Positions 1 to 13,922 are shown, counted from the stretch's first letter. The stretch: DNA of 64,000 nucleotides from Camelus ferus (GCF_009834535.1 NC_045697.1:100628001-100692000), one strand, 5' to 3'. Numbers and translations: made by a program. The notes: generated by a model from the sequence alone, not told the origin.

Positions 1-480
1 GTTGTAGCAGAAACATGGAGGTGAGGCAGGGAAAGGCATGCACTTCGTTGTGGAAATGTGAGGATTGAGATAAAAGTAGAACATAAAACCAAAAATGCCC
101 TGTAAGCCATTAGAAGTACTACACTGAAGACTAGCTGAGCTATTTGCAAAAGAGATTTTGGCTCCTGGGCTAATAGTCAGGAATTTTTGACTGAAGCCAA
201 CTGTCACAATATTTCCCCAGGAGGCAAATGTACATATGGAAGGTTTGGGGTCACATAAGAAGATGATAGGGACTTTACTGAGTTAGGCACCCTGAAAGAG
301 GAGATGTTCAGGCAGTGTCTTCAAGAAAGGGCTGGCCAGTTTTCAGGTCTTCAGAAGAGAGTGTTAAGCTTTTCACACCTTCTACCCTTTTCTTGCCTGT
401 CATAGCCACTCTGTCTGCTCCTCTCAGGATGGATTCTAGGTCCCTCATATGCCTATTCTTACCCACACATCTTTTCCTCA

Positions 481-820
481 ATTAAAAATTGAGGTATAAT
501 TGACATCTAACGTTATATGAGTTTCAAGTGTACAGCATTATGATTCAATATTTGTATATATGGCAAAATGATCACATCCCTAAGTTTAGTGAACATGTCA
601 CCATACATAGTTATGATTTTTTTCTTATGATGAAAAATTTTCAGATTTATTCTCTTAGCAACTTTCAGATATTCACCATAGTACTGTTAAGCATAGTCAC
701 CATGCTGTACATTGCATCCTCATGACTTATTTATATTATAACCAGAAGTTTGTACCTTTTGACCCTCTGCATGTATTTTGCCCCTCACCTCTGACAACCA
801 CCCATCTGGTCTCTCTGTGA
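481..820 (-). mobile_element. L1 3'-end fragment (L1MA-like)
   Basis: Antisense L1 3'UTR motifs: ttgaggtataattgaca..tgtacagcat..ctcttagcaactttca..gtcaccatgctgtacatt..gaagtttgtacctttt. Confidence 0.8.
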
Positions 821-2440
821 GTCACCTTTTCTATGAAGTTCTCCTGGCAAAACCCCAACTTTACCCCATCTCTGGCCACCTGGAAATACTGACCGTATCC
901 CTCCTCTGCGCCATCTCCACTGATGGATCTTTCTCTAAGAATCTGCGGTATATTCTGTATTGACTCGTGTTCAGGCTGTTCCTCTCCTTGGGTAAATGAC
1001 CAAGGTGGTACAAAGGATGACACGAATTGTGATGGTGGAGTTGGTAAGGCTGAAGTTTGGGAAACGCCGAAGTTTGGGAAACGCCACATCCTTATGTGCC
1101 TGCCACCTTGCCTGGTACATAGTAGACCTTTAATTATGTTATTTTTGTTGTCAGTAACCTATCACATTGCTGAGCGGTCAAGTAACATAAGGTTCTGAGA
1201 ACAGGAGTTTGACCAGATTTGACTGGAAATAAATCACTCATGATCACATAGCTATTAGAATCTGCCAGCATTTTCTTTATTGTTAGGGTCAGGACAGGAA
1301 GTAGAAAATTTCCTGAAGGCCCATTTTGGGCTAGGCTGCCAATGGAATCCTTATATTCATGTGTAGGATGACACAGATGAGCTTTTTGAATTAGAATGAT
1401 TTTTTTGGAACTGAAAAAAAAAAGGGATGTTTAATATTTTGTGTCAGTTTTATTAGTTGACAGGATAAATTATATAAATTGCAAAGTAAATGCTTCAATA
1501 AATGAAAGGAATGAGAAGCAAGCCACACCCTAGTCTCTAAATTCTTCACGTAAAAATTCTTTCATTTCCTTAATTCTGCAATATTTGCCAACTATCTTGG
1601 AAAACAAATTCAATTGTACAAAGAAGATTAGAGAAATTTTGTAAGAAATAGTAGTATTATTAATATTGAATTTATTTGGTAGCTCTTTTCCTGAGAATCC
1701 AAGAGAACAAATGTGCAGGCATAACAACATTATTCTGTCACTTAAATATCTGCAGTAATCCCAAATGTCAGATTAAAGAAAAATGTATTATTTCGTATCT
1801 TTTGACTCCTCGATAGCAAGATCTTCATTCTCATTGTTTTGTGAAGGACTTCTAAAACTTTGGACATGCGGTTTTATGATGGCTTATTTGTTTTGATATG
1901 AGGTATTTCTCCTCTAAAATTTGACCTCTGTTAATTCGAAGTGTGTTACTCAGCCTCTGCAGCTCACACGGCATTGGCTTCTAGGCTATGGTTTTGAATC
2001 AGGCAGGGTAATAATGGACCAGAAGCTCTCGGAAACAATAGCAGATATGTATGATTTATTCAGTAACTTTTCTGTGCATGGCTCTCTGCCAAGTGCTGAG
2101 AGGGATAAAAAGATGAACCAAGCATGATTCCTTTTAGGACTTATTACCCAGTGGAGCAATTAATGTTCATCTATGAAGAGCTGAGTTACCCAGTGCACTA
2201 CTGTCTGATCTCTGAACAGACCAGGCTTTCTTTCATTGCTCAACGTGTGAACGTGCCCCTCCCTCATTGGCAGTTCACTGTTTCATCCAGTGTCTCTTCC
2301 TCTCCTGTTTTTCCTAACTCACTTACCTGGGCCAGACACCGCATTCTGATACTATTTCCTCTGGGAATTGTTCCCTTAGACCTCCCAGGTTGGGCTAGGA
2401 CTCTCTCATTCCTAATTTCATTTAGTACATATTTCAGGAC

Positions 2441-2780
2441 AATTGGACCTCCATATCTGCAGGTTCCACCAAGGGGAGATCGAAAACATTCAGGAAAAAC
2501 AAATTCCAGAAACTTTTAGAGAGCAAAACTTGAATTTGCTGCTCACCTTGCAAGGCAACTATTTAGGTAATATTTACATTGTATTTACATAGCATTTACA
2601 ATGTGTTAAGTATTGTAAATAATCTAGAGTTGGTTCAAAGTATACAGTAGGATATGTGTAGGTTATATGCAAATACTATGCCATCTTATATAAGGGACTA
2701 GAGCATCCTTGGATTCTGATATCCAGGGGGCTGAGGTGGGGTAGGGGGAAGGGGTTGTCCTTCAACCAATCCAGGTGGTA
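2441..2780 (-). mobile_element. MER2/Tigger-family DNA transposon remnant
   Basis: taggttatatgcaaatactatgccat..tatataagggact..gagcatcc..ggatt is the reverse complement of the recalled MER2 consensus. Confidence 0.75.
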
Positions 2781-2794
2781 AAAAGAAAGAAGAC

Positions 2795-2975
2795 TATAGT
2801 TAGCATTTATTTTCTGCCATATGCCAAGCACCTTCACTTTGGTAATTGTCCCAAGCTCCATGAGGTGATTTCCTCACCACTTTTCAGGTGATGAAACTGA
2901 AACACCAGGCGTTGAAGGTGACTTGGCCAGACTCCACAGTGTGTTGGAATTGGAGTTCGAATCCAGGTCTCTCTC
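2795..2975 (-). mobile_element. MIR SINE
   Basis: MIR core-like: caggtgatgaaactga..gtgacttggccaga..ttcgaatccaggtct. Confidence 0.65.
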
Positions 2976-3039
2976 CAGAGCCTTCCCTCCCTGGAAAAAC
3001 TAATAGGAGGCATGAAGATGAAAATGGAGGGGATCAAAT

Positions 3040-4500
3040 TATCATTGTTTATAAGTGAAAGCCATGAAAATTAGCAAACTACTAAAATAGTAAGCGAGTT
3101 CAGCAAGATTGTCAGGCAGAAGAGCAACAAAAAGTCAGCAGCATTTTTCAACATTAAATAAAATGTTAACTAACATAACACAACAGTAAACACTCAACAC
3201 AGCAAGAAGATGCTCTTACCACAGTCACATAGGGCTTACTTGAGGATTGTATGGATGGTCCAATATTAGAAAATCTATCAATATAATCCTAAGGGATTCA
3301 GGAAGAGTTATTATCTTAGATAAGAGCTTGGTAAGATTAGACAGGATCTTCCAAATAAATACACTAACGAGTGAGTGAAAGAATCAACGATCCATACTAA
3401 AAAGTAAACATCATACTTAATACAGAACTTTAAAAAGCAATTTTCTTAAGTTTTGGGAAATGATGTCACTATCAGTACAACTATCTAGCAGAGTGTTGAA
3501 GGCAAAGATAATAATAACATCTCATTTTCACTTGAGTTCTTACTATGTGCCAAGCACCATTTTAAGTGCTTTATATGTTTTGCTTATTTAAACAGTAGTC
3601 GACTCTGAGTTCTTTATTTATCTTTGTTTCTTATATCTTTTTGCTTCCTCCCCAAATTATGTTAAACAGGGTCAATGAAGGGTGAATTTTTCTGAGATCT
3701 CATATGCTTATGTATTTATTAATTTGGTCTGTGCATTCAAATAATGGTTTCTCTGGATATTTAATTCTCGGTACAAGGTTATTTTTCTTCCACATCGTGG
3801 GGTCTCTACTCCATTATCTTCTTGGATCTGTTGTTTCTTTGGAGAAGCCTGATGTCAGTCTGACCTTTGCTTTCATGCTAATGAATATTTCTGAAGTTCC
3901 TCCCAGGCTTGAATGTTCTTCAGTGCCACTAAAATATGCCTGACTTTGCGTATGGGTTTGCTTTTAATTTATCTTCTTTGCCACTCTACTATCTTCTTTA
4001 TTTTGTGGTCTTAGGTTTACAGGTTTCAAAAACATCTTGCTTGTTTTCTCATTTATTTCCTTTCTTCTCCCAGACCGCATGTGGGCAGAAGCTGCAGTTT
4101 CTGCTTTCATCCTCCGTGTCACTTGACTCTTCCTTCAGTTTCCCCAAATATTATTTCCCTAACATTCCCCACGATGCTGCTGATCTAACTGTGTAGCTCA
4201 TTCTTCCACGCTCCAACAGTATTCACTCTAGCATTCAAGCTACTTACTTAATTCCTTACTTATTCCTTATTTTTTAAAAAATTTTATACCCAATTATTTC
4301 TTTATAATTTCTTCCTCCTGATTCATGTGTCCAAGATCCATCTCACTGTTCTACAAGCTTGTTTTGTTTTGTTTTTTGTTTTTTCAGTTCCTGTTTAAAT
4401 TCTTATCTCTTCCACTAGGCTTTCCCCATCTGGCATGCATTTTTCCAGTATTTGTCTCTCTTTTAAAGGGTTTCCACTATATAGTCTTCCCTGTAAGCAT
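3040..4500. mobile_element. Highly diverged L1 fragments (both orientations)
   Basis: ORF2-like pieces (gagttcagcaagattg, catcatacttaat) followed by a T-rich antisense L1-like tract. Confidence 0.5.
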
Positions 4501-7500
4501 CTCTTTCTTAAATTGAGAGCACCGTCAGCCTAGTATTGTCAGCCAAGAGACAAAGCCATAGCTTACGTCCCTCCAAATGTGTTGGTTGGGGCATCCTTCA
4601 GGTTAAAGACCCTTTACTGTTGCCTTCTGGATTTAACAACTCCACGACTCTTCACTCTTCCGATACCTTGTTCCTCAAGGATCCTTCCCAGTCTCTTGCT
4701 TTTGGTGCCCCACCCTCTGGTAGTAGTGATGGGAAAAACCTTTACTTGGACCCAGTTATGCAATTGTGCTGCCCGTTTTTCTGAAGGCCCCATGAACAGG
4801 CCCACCAAGTATCAGTCAAGTGAAGCATCTCCCAATGCTGCCTTTCAGGGACAATGAGAGAGGGAACAGGATGCAGCAACTAGAACCTTCCTACTCTTCT
4901 TGTCCTCCACTTCTGACCCCTGATTCTGTCCAGTTCTAGGCTTCCAAAGTGGCATACAATTTCCTTCTCCCTCCCAAGGGATTTTCACAGATTTGGCATC
5001 CCTTCCTAAGCATGGCTTGGCATTCTACGAACCACCTTATTTCTTCAGAACCCATAGAGCAGATTTCCAGAGAGGAAGCCAGCTGCCCTTGCTGGCTCCT
5101 TGTCTAACTAGGAGCTGCCTGAGATGAATTGCTCTCCCTCCTCCCAACTGATTTATTCAAGAAACAGTAGATATGTGATCTTAGTGGATGTACTTACTGG
5201 AAGGGACTTTAGACACCTTCCAGTCAAGTCTCCCTACTTTAAAGCTAAGGACACTGAGGTTAAGAGACATGAACTACCTTGCTCTGGTCACATAGCTGTC
5301 TAAAGACAGGACTGGGACCAGGGCCCAAGTCTCTGGGCCACCAGCCCATTCCATGGTTTTGGTGAGATTAGGGAGGCTCCAGTTTTCATCAGGGAGCCTT
5401 CAGTCTCAATATTACATCAACTACAGTTTTGGAAATCATAGCATTTTAATACTGAATAGGATGGAAAGATGGCAGTCTGCATGGAGTCTAGTTGGTCAAC
5501 ACCACCACTGTTTACATGAGTCCAAAGAAAGAGATTTCATTTCTGTAAAAATGAACGTTTGTAGCCCCAGCCCATGGTAGTGACACATTTAATGTTAGTT
5601 GCTTAGAAGGCTCAGTTCTGTAACTGAGTGGAGATAATTTTCTGTGTTGCAGAGATATTCTACAAGACTTCCCATCTGCTTGGTTCTCATTCCATGCTTG
5701 TTAAAGAATCTTCTGATGAGTAATTCGATCATTTAAGTTCACCCTCTGTTATTTAGGGATGGTTCTGGTTCAAGAAGCAGCCACCTATATTTACCTCTTC
5801 ATGACCCCTTCTGAAAACAAACAAATAAAGAAGCCCTCAAAAGAAATCTGACATTTTAAACTTCAAAATGCAGCCACCTTGGACATCCTGTATAAGGACA
5901 CACAGCAGAGAGGGTCAAAATCCTAAAGACCATAACAAATATGGAGCCCAGTGGCAGGTATGAAGCACACTGACTGATGATGTCAGTACAGCCCGTTTTC
6001 TTTGCACAAAGGCTGAGGACCATGGAAGAAGTGGCAGAAAGCAGAGAAAAATGGAAAGCGAAGATTAGAAAGAATAAACAAAGGCAGTCTATTCATAGTA
6101 GTTTTAGTAACTACTGTTTAAATAAGACTACTTAATGAGACCAAGGAAAGAGGAGGTAAAGAACTAAAACAGATTAAGTCTCCTAATCTGGGGGCAGGCA
6201 TTCTGTTAGCTGTGTCCCAGGTAACTACACACAGCTCTGGTGGAGAGGAGCGGACCAGCAATGCTGAAAGGGAAGACAAGTTCCACCATCCAGACCAAGC
6301 AAAGCCAGCAGTCACATGGACCACACGAGAACTCACCAGTGCAAGCACTCTGCCAATTTTTAAATAAACTTTGTTAATAGAGACAGCCAGCCTCTTAGCA
6401 GTATTGTAAGCATTACTGCTTTGCTATGTAGACTTGAGGAGTTTAGTCTCCTTGTCAGGGAGGAGCCCAACAAGCAGCGTCTTAGAAATAAGACGTTTGG
6501 GACCACTCCGGCACGTGTGTGGGCACTGGACCCAGTTATGCAATTGTGTTGCCAGGCTGGGTTAGGTCGTTTGATCTATTACATAGAAAGCCAAATATTT
6601 GGAATGGGAAACACCAGAGATATAATCAGCAAGAAAAATAAAACATTAGGAGAATGAGAACCAGCTCTAGCAAAACCAGAGACAGAGCGCTGAGGGGTTG
6701 TCGGTCTAAAGTGCATCTGTATTTAATCCAAGCTCAGCTTTGCCTTCACTTTTTTCCACTTAATTGTTAAGTGCTATTTCTGAGGATTGTGGTAATCGCA
6801 CCTCTTTTGCTTCTGTTAGGGATTAGTGAGAAGCAATAGAAATGTTTGAATCCAGTTATTTGCCAGCGGGAGACGTGGTACATAATTAAGCTGCCATTTC
6901 CACTGATAGGTTATTATCAGCAGGTAGTAAGAAGTGTGCATCATTGTAAATGGTCATACGGCATTTCATGCTGCAACAGATGAGGTATGTCTTCCGCGGC
7001 AGCACCGAGCATTCATGTAGAGATCAGTGTCATTACAACTGTTATAAATCACAACATACTGCTTTAATAGTTAAACAATTATCTGTAGTGGCAGTACTGG
7101 AAAATTGCTTAGTAATGACTGGCTGATTTTTATGATGAAGAATGATTTTTGTATAGATCTTTTTATACAACTACCTGAAGAATGCCAAAGAAGAACATTC
7201 ATTTTAAACAGGTTCTTAGGAACTTTTTGCTTTTTGGCTCATTTATTTTTAACTGCAAATATTTGAAGGGTCAGAAGGTCACCAAAATAGCTTTTTTTTT
7301 TTTTAGAGTTTAAAATTATAGATATTGAATATTCCGATTATATGAAAATACTTCATGTAGGACTAAGGCCAAAACTGGCTGCTACTAAATTCAGGTCTAC
7401 CTGGTTTTCCGTTTGGGAAGCCTCAAGTTAACAAGGGGATGTCTTAGTCTATGAGATAAAAGGAAAATATTGTTTTATTCTTGGAGAGCTCAAGCTACAA

Positions 7501-8084
7501 GTTGTCTCTCCCTTTTTTCTCTTCCCTTTCTCTCAGTGTTACTCCTTTGCCATTCTTCTCCGCTTCTCTCTCTCCTCATTATGATTTTTATGTTCTTCAA
7601 AACGTGGCTCAGATTTATCAGCTGTAACAGCCTCACCTGAGCCAGCTGTCTCTTCCCCTTCAATTCTGCTGTCCTAGACTTTGCCCTATTCATGGAAAAG
7701 TTGAACAGATTTCTTCTTCGTGAGAATTTTAAAGTCCTGTCAAGGGGTATGTGTTCCCATCTAGACCACTGCAATCCAAAGTATGAAGACGTTTGTTCCC
7801 AGAATTTGACCCAGTAAAGAGCTTGCACCAGAATGTAAATTCACCGCATCACTGACAGCACATGTTGAGTTCACCCAACACTTTTTTTCTAACAAGACTT
7901 CCCTGAAAAAGGAATTGGTGCAAGCTTTCTTCATTGTAAACTGGCACTGTAATACCATGGAACTAGACTCTGAGGACATTAATGGCCTCTGAGGATGTTT
8001 CTCTTTCCAATCCTGAGGGTGGAAGAGCCTGTTTGAGGGATGAGATGACTGTTAATAGTGAGGTGTCCTATTCACAGCGGGGAT

Positions 8085-8320
8085 AATCACTAAGGGATCG
8101 CATGTTCAGATGCTCACTGTGTCCTGTGTCGTCTGCATGGATGAGCTCACTTGAACTTCACAATAACCCAGGACGTAGGTATCATCATTTTCCCTAGGCT
8201 ACAGTTGAAGAAACTGAGGCTCTGAGACATTAATTAACTTTCCCTAAACCTTACTGTTAGTAAGTGGCTAAGCTGGAATCTAACCCAGATGTGCCTGAAA
8301 CCAAAGTCTGTACTATACCT
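8085..8320 (-). mobile_element. MIR SINE
   Basis: gaagaaactgaggctctgaga..taagtggctaagctggaatctaacccagat. Confidence 0.75.
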
Positions 8321-8324
8321 AGGT

Positions 8325-8536
8325 CAGGGCTGACCAGAAGAAGTTTCTGCAGCGATGACAATGTTCTCTGTGTGCTGTGTCCAGTATGGTAGCCACTAAC
8401 CACGTGTGGCTTCTGAGCACTTGAAATGTGGCTGGCTCAGCTGAGGATGTGCATTTCTAGTTTCATTTCATTTCAGTTTTACTTGTGTATTTAAATAGCC
8501 ACATATGGCTCATGGCTACTGTATTAGACAGCACAG
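8325..8536 (+). mobile_element. MER3-like hAT-Charlie MITE
   Basis: tccagtatggtagccact..cacgtgtggct..gagcacttgaaatgtggct..tagccacatatggct..gtattagacagcacag. Confidence 0.75.
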
Positions 8537-8676
8537 CTCCAGATACTTTTAAATGTTGCTGACTACAAGCTAATAAGGGGAAAACCAAGTCAGGAAAATA
8601 CATTAAGAGAATGTGCTGTTCTTTCTCTATTTCTAGATTTTCTCTGGATCCCACTTTAAAAAAAAATGTTTTTTTT

Positions 8677-8746
8677 AGAAGGAAAGAAAGAGACAGAGAA
8701 AGGAAGGAAGGAAATGAAGGAAGGATGGAAGGAAGGAAAGAAGGGA

Positions 8747-8806
<60 letters not shown>

Positions 8807-8879
8807 AGAAAGAAAGAGAGAAATGAAGGAAGGAAGGAGAAAGGAAGGAAGGAAGGAAAGAAAGAAAGAGAAAGAAAGA
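8677..8879. repeat. Compound (GGAA)n/(GAAA)n microsatellite with perfect (GAAA)15 core at 8745-8804
   Basis: Directly visible; produces the spurious KKER/FFLS ORFs. Confidence 0.97.
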
Positions 8880-9800
8880 TTAATTTTAAATCCATTGCTA
8901 TATGGAAGCAATAGGATTCAATTAAAAAACAAGTTATTGACTGCCTCCTCTTGGTTGATGCCCTGTGCTAGGCTGTAGGCATTATGAATAAATGAATAAG
9001 AAGTGGTTCCTGTCTTCAAGGAGCTCATAGTCTAAGTAACTTTGTAGAGGATCTTATACATTTTTTTCTCCAGAGTTTCTTTTTTTATGATTACACAAAG
9101 TATTTAAATATCTGCTAATAGTTTGTGGTGTTTTGCTTTTAATTTTTAATTTTTCAGTTTTTTAAAGAGGTCATCTATTTCCACAGTTTAAAATTCAAAA
9201 GGTACGAAGTGCTTTTAATTTCCTTCCATAGAAACAACTGGTGCTCCCATTTTCTATTGTGCGTCTTTGTCAGTAGTTTGTGCACACACAGGAAAATGAA
9301 CACATGTATTTCTTCCTTCCCCTTTTTAGAAACAAATACACACTATTGACTAATCTTGCTGTTTGGACTTTGAAAATATACTTTGGCTACTTTTTCATTC
9401 TAGTACTGAAAGAACTTCTCATTTTTTTTCCTATGGATGCATAATATTTTACTTAATGGACATATCTTTATTTAAGCATCCTTCTATTGTTTTTTATTGT
9501 TCCCCTATTGCTATTTCCATCCTTCTGCCATTACTGAAAATATTGAGCTGAGTAACTTTAGTAATTATACAGAGTGAACTGCATTCGTCTTTCCCAGAGC
9601 ATATTCCACAGAACACAAGTCTCAGAAGTTGTTCAACATTAAAAGAGGTTCTGTGACTAAATAACTTTTGATATCTCTGGGTATTCATTGACAGTTCACA
9701 GTGCATATCGTCAAACTAAAGGAAGTCCCACAATACTCTATGTCCGTTTAATCCAAGTCTTTCCCAACCCTACATTTTCTCAACTAATAGAATGCACTAT

Positions 9801-10150
9801 CTGTGTAGGCTGAGTTCCCTGGGAAGTGACTCCGAGATAGGAATGTACATGCAGGAGACTCACCAGGGCATGTTCTCAGGAGCAGCGCCCGATGGAAGTA
9901 AGGTGGGTAAGAAGGAGAAGGGGAGTGGGATGCTGGCAGCAGAGGCCTCAGCCGACAACTCCCATGGGGAGTGTTCTCAAGCTGAGATGACCCTTTAGAG
10001 ATGTTCCAACTCCAGGGAAGCAGGCTATTCGCCCAGGGAGGGGCTGTGACCTTGTACTAGGCAGCTCTCTTCCACTGAGAGCATTTCTGGGAAGAGACTC
10101 AGCTCTGAGCTCTCAGCTGGGGTGATGGGTGCCTCAGTGTTCACTCCAGC
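9801..10150. mobile_element. MaLR LTR (MLT1I/J-like)
   Basis: gttccctgggaagtgactccgagataggaat..gcctcagccgac..catggggag..ccctttagagatgttcc; a related copy lies in the opposite orientation near 37470-37810. Confidence 0.6.
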
Positions 10151-12143
10151 TCTAAAGAGCATCTTTGCATCTTTTATGGAAATGCATATCTATTCTTAGA
10201 GAGCCTTGCTGGTCAGAGAAAGTCACTTGGCCTCTTTGGGACGCATCTTTCTTCTCTATGAAAGGTGGGTGCCTGACTGGACCTTCTTTGGAGTATCTAT
10301 CATTTTTTGCTTTTAATTCCATTTAAATATGTACTAATTGAGCTCCGGGGTAAGAGCCACATTTCCCCAAACATGTGTTTGTCCACATGGAGGCCAGCGA
10401 TCTGAACAGGTCAGCGGTAATCTTCCATTATCACTGCTCTGCACTTTTGGAGAACATCTATTTTCATAGCACTTTGAAGGGTATGTCACTTAACTTGAAA
10501 TAGATTATTGGGGCAAAATGGCATAAGAGCTGAGTTGAACGTCTTTGTTTTTTAAGTATTTTGATTACCCCTTGTTAGATGTTTCCTGGAAAAGCTAGCC
10601 TGCTAACTTCCTAGAAACTAGTAATTTATTAGTTAATAAAGATAAGACTACATGGGGTATGAAAGGCAAGAGTCCATCTAGCTTTGAACCACAGCCTTAG
10701 GTGCTCTTATTCATTCTTTCGAAGCTCAGGGGGTAAACAGATGTAGCCAAAAAGCTATAGCAGTTCCCGGGGTCCTTCCATTTGAGAATCCAGTGGGTCT
10801 GAGTGCATTTCCTGTGCCTTTCAGCGCACTTGCTAATTTCATTCTCTGCCTCCTGCAGAGTTCATCAGTTGTGGTGGCCATCCCGGAAGCTTGTTTCCTG
10901 GGTGGAAAAGAAAAAGGCATAAGGAACATTGCTCTTAGGTGTGTCCTATAGAGTTGGTGAAGGTTCCACAGAGAGGATAGAAAGAAAAAAAATCCAAGAA
11001 AAGTCTCAAAGGAAAAATTGTTATCGGATAATAGAATTGGGAAGTAAAACCAGGACTAAGGAGTTGGCTGTTATATGAACATGATGTAGAGGAAAAAGCA
11101 AAAATGAAAAAACAAAAAGCTAATAAGATTGATGGCTGTGTCTGAGATCAACTTTTGAATTGAACAAACATTTCCTTCAAAAGACGTAGTCATTTTTCCT
11201 TTCAACAAAAAGCGTCATAAGGATTCTTGCTCTTCTTATTATTGTATAATAATAACAGATCAGGTGAGAGATTGTTAAAAAGGGAATTTGAAAGGGAATA
11301 AACTAGAAAAGACACTGCTAGAGAGTGGGAAAAGTGATGGAATAGGAATTTGTCTTAAATCGATCCAAAATGAATTACTCTTTTCTGAACAATGATTGCC
11401 TCTTCCCCTTTCCTGCATAACTGGTGGTATCTAAGACCTATTTATACTAACTCTTTAATGTTTCCAGAACGCAGGACGACTCCCCCCATAATCCATTTTT
11501 AATTACCCATTTGCAAAAGCGTCAGATCCTATAGCATTTTGGTTGCTTCCAATTATTCAGTTGTCTAGTTCATTTAAAATCCCAGTCTCCTCTCCGTATG
11601 TTCCCTCAGCTCATGTTAGAAAGAGGATGTGGTCCGCATTTTCATGCTTTCTAACCTCCTTCTGGTTTTAACCACGGAGAGTTGGGGACTGAGAGGGTGG
11701 CCTAGGGCAGATGGACCAGACAGGCCCTGACCTCACCAGGCCATCCTCTGGTGGCTGTGACGTCTCCTTCCTCACTAACAGTAACCAGGCATTGATACCT
11801 TCTGTGTGGGGGTTCCCACAGTTGGGCTCTCCTGCGGGCCATGTGTGTGAGTTCTTCCACACACCTCTAGTGGCCTCTCCACCGACACTCTGTAGGCGAT
11901 TAGGCTGAACCTCTCTCTACCTCTCAGCTCTCTCCCCTGGTGACACAGCCCTTGAGTCCCTTTGCAAGGAGGCCAGCCTTGAGCCATGGGAAATTCACAC
12001 AGCTTTGCTGGATCACACGCTGGAAACAAAATGTGATACTTTTCTCTGTTTTTCTTTTTCTTTTTTCTTTAGTCAGGTAGGTTTAAGAGCAAATCAATCC
12101 CACCAGTGGACATGATGTCCAGCCAGGGGATGAGATGCCAGCC

Positions 12144-12473
12144 TGTATTAGCTCAGGCTGCCATAACAAAGTCCCATACCTGGACTTCTGGAGACAGGGA
12201 AGTGCAAGACCAAGGAGCCAGCTGACTGAGTGCTCTGGTGAGGACTCCCTTCCTGGCTGGTAGATGGCTGCCTTCTTGCTGTGTCCTCACTTGGGTGGGT
12301 GCGGGGGAGCTTTATGAGGTCTCTTCTCATAAGGGCACTAATCCCATCATGACGGCCTCACCCTTATGACCTCACTTAACCCTAATCCAAAGCCTCATCT
12401 CCAAATACCATCACAGTGAGGGTTAGGGCTTTGACATAAGAATTTGAGGAGATACAGTTTAGTCTGTAGCACA
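12144..12473 (-). mobile_element. MaLR LTR (MLT1A-like)
   Basis: tgtattag..ggctgccataacaaa..ttcttgctgtgtcctcac..ataagggcactaatcccatcatga..ctccaaataccatcaca..ca. Confidence 0.8.
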
Positions 12474-13922
12474 GTGTCTCTTGTATAAGTCCTGCCATGT
12501 TCCTGGCTGATGATTCCAACCATTGCCTTTCCCTTACCTTCCTGATATTTCAGTCTTCTTATATGGACCAGAAATGGGGTCTTGGGGTGCAGTTGGTGGC
12601 TTGGAGGTAGTAGAAGTAGTAAGAGTTTGCCTGCCTTTGAGTTCACTCTGGAGCAGCTGTCTGGACCTAGCAACAAAGCACTCCTTAGAATGTGGGACAA
12701 CTTAATGCTTCTTCATCCCCAGCATTGGGTTCAGTTCCAGGGCAAGAGTAAAGCCACATTCAAAGTCTATTCCTCACCCACCCTCCTGAATTCTGAGCCT
12801 CTGCAAACAACATCCCCTTTGCTGGAGTAACATTATTCACTCTTCAAGGCCAGCTCAGCTGCACCTCACTGATGTACTTTCAAGTCCCTCATCTTCCTCT
12901 TTTCTATAGGATTAAGTCACACTGTGGTTTTTCACGGGGCTTTCTTCATTCTGCTATTAAAATACTAGGAGCATTAGTGAGTTGTTTGCGGGGTTTTTCC
13001 TCCACTGGTTGGCATGTTTCTTATAGATTAAGACTAGTTATCAAGCAAAGGTCCTCATACACAATAAGTTTTGAGTAAATACTTTTAAATAAGTAATTCA
13101 AGTAGATGCCAGCTGGCTGGCATGCATATTGAATGGCTAAACTTTTGGAACTTACTACTGTATTGAACTTTTAGTAAATAATAGAAATGAGATTACATGG
13201 ATAATTTATTATTACTAATAATATAAGTATTCTTTATATCACAGACCATACTGAATTTTGTTTAAGATGTTTTTTGATTTATTTTATAAGTTAGGAATTA
13301 CGTTGCTTAACTTTTTTAAATGGCCTACATAAGTTAGACTACCTTTTTTTAAAATTAAGAAATATACTATTTTAAGGCTTTCTAATGGTGTAATCTGTTG
13401 GTATATTCAAAACCCTTCAAAATCACATATCCCTTGGAGCCATGATGTTATAATATTCCATGTTACTACTGAGTGTCTGAGTGGAGACTTTGCCATTTCA
13501 CTCTTAGAACAGATGTTTGCAACTTATTTTCAGCATCTTCCTTAGAGTTGCTCAGTAAATTGACATGAAGTCCACAAATACATTTGACATCACATTTACT
13601 TTGTGCTGTTTTGTGGGAAAATTAAAACCATTTTAGGAGGGAACTGCATGAAATGTTATAGTTTATTTTAAGTGATGTATGATTATTTCTTTCCCCAAAT
13701 GAAGTAGCTATAGTCAATGTGGATGTGAGTTAAATTACGAGGAAGGCTGAAGATTTTAGGAATAAAGCCAAAGAAATTCCTATTGACTTCTGAAGCTTTC
13801 TGCATATGAGTCTTCCTGCCTTTTCAGGCATGATCAGGTATGGATGTAGTCATAAATCCAAGGAATGAAGACTATTCAGTGCATAATTTTTAATCTTTTT
13901 ATCTTACCTTTGACTCCTACAG

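Noticed and set aside
8611..8914. ORFs rich in KKER/FFLS
   Set aside because: Translations of the GAAA/GGAA microsatellite.
11680..12000. GC-richer segment starting gttggggact..gggtggc as possible IL15 exon 1/promoter
   Set aside because: Only a brief resemblance to the recalled human 5' end; few CpGs and no matching exon end. Exon 1 probably lies upstream of the window.
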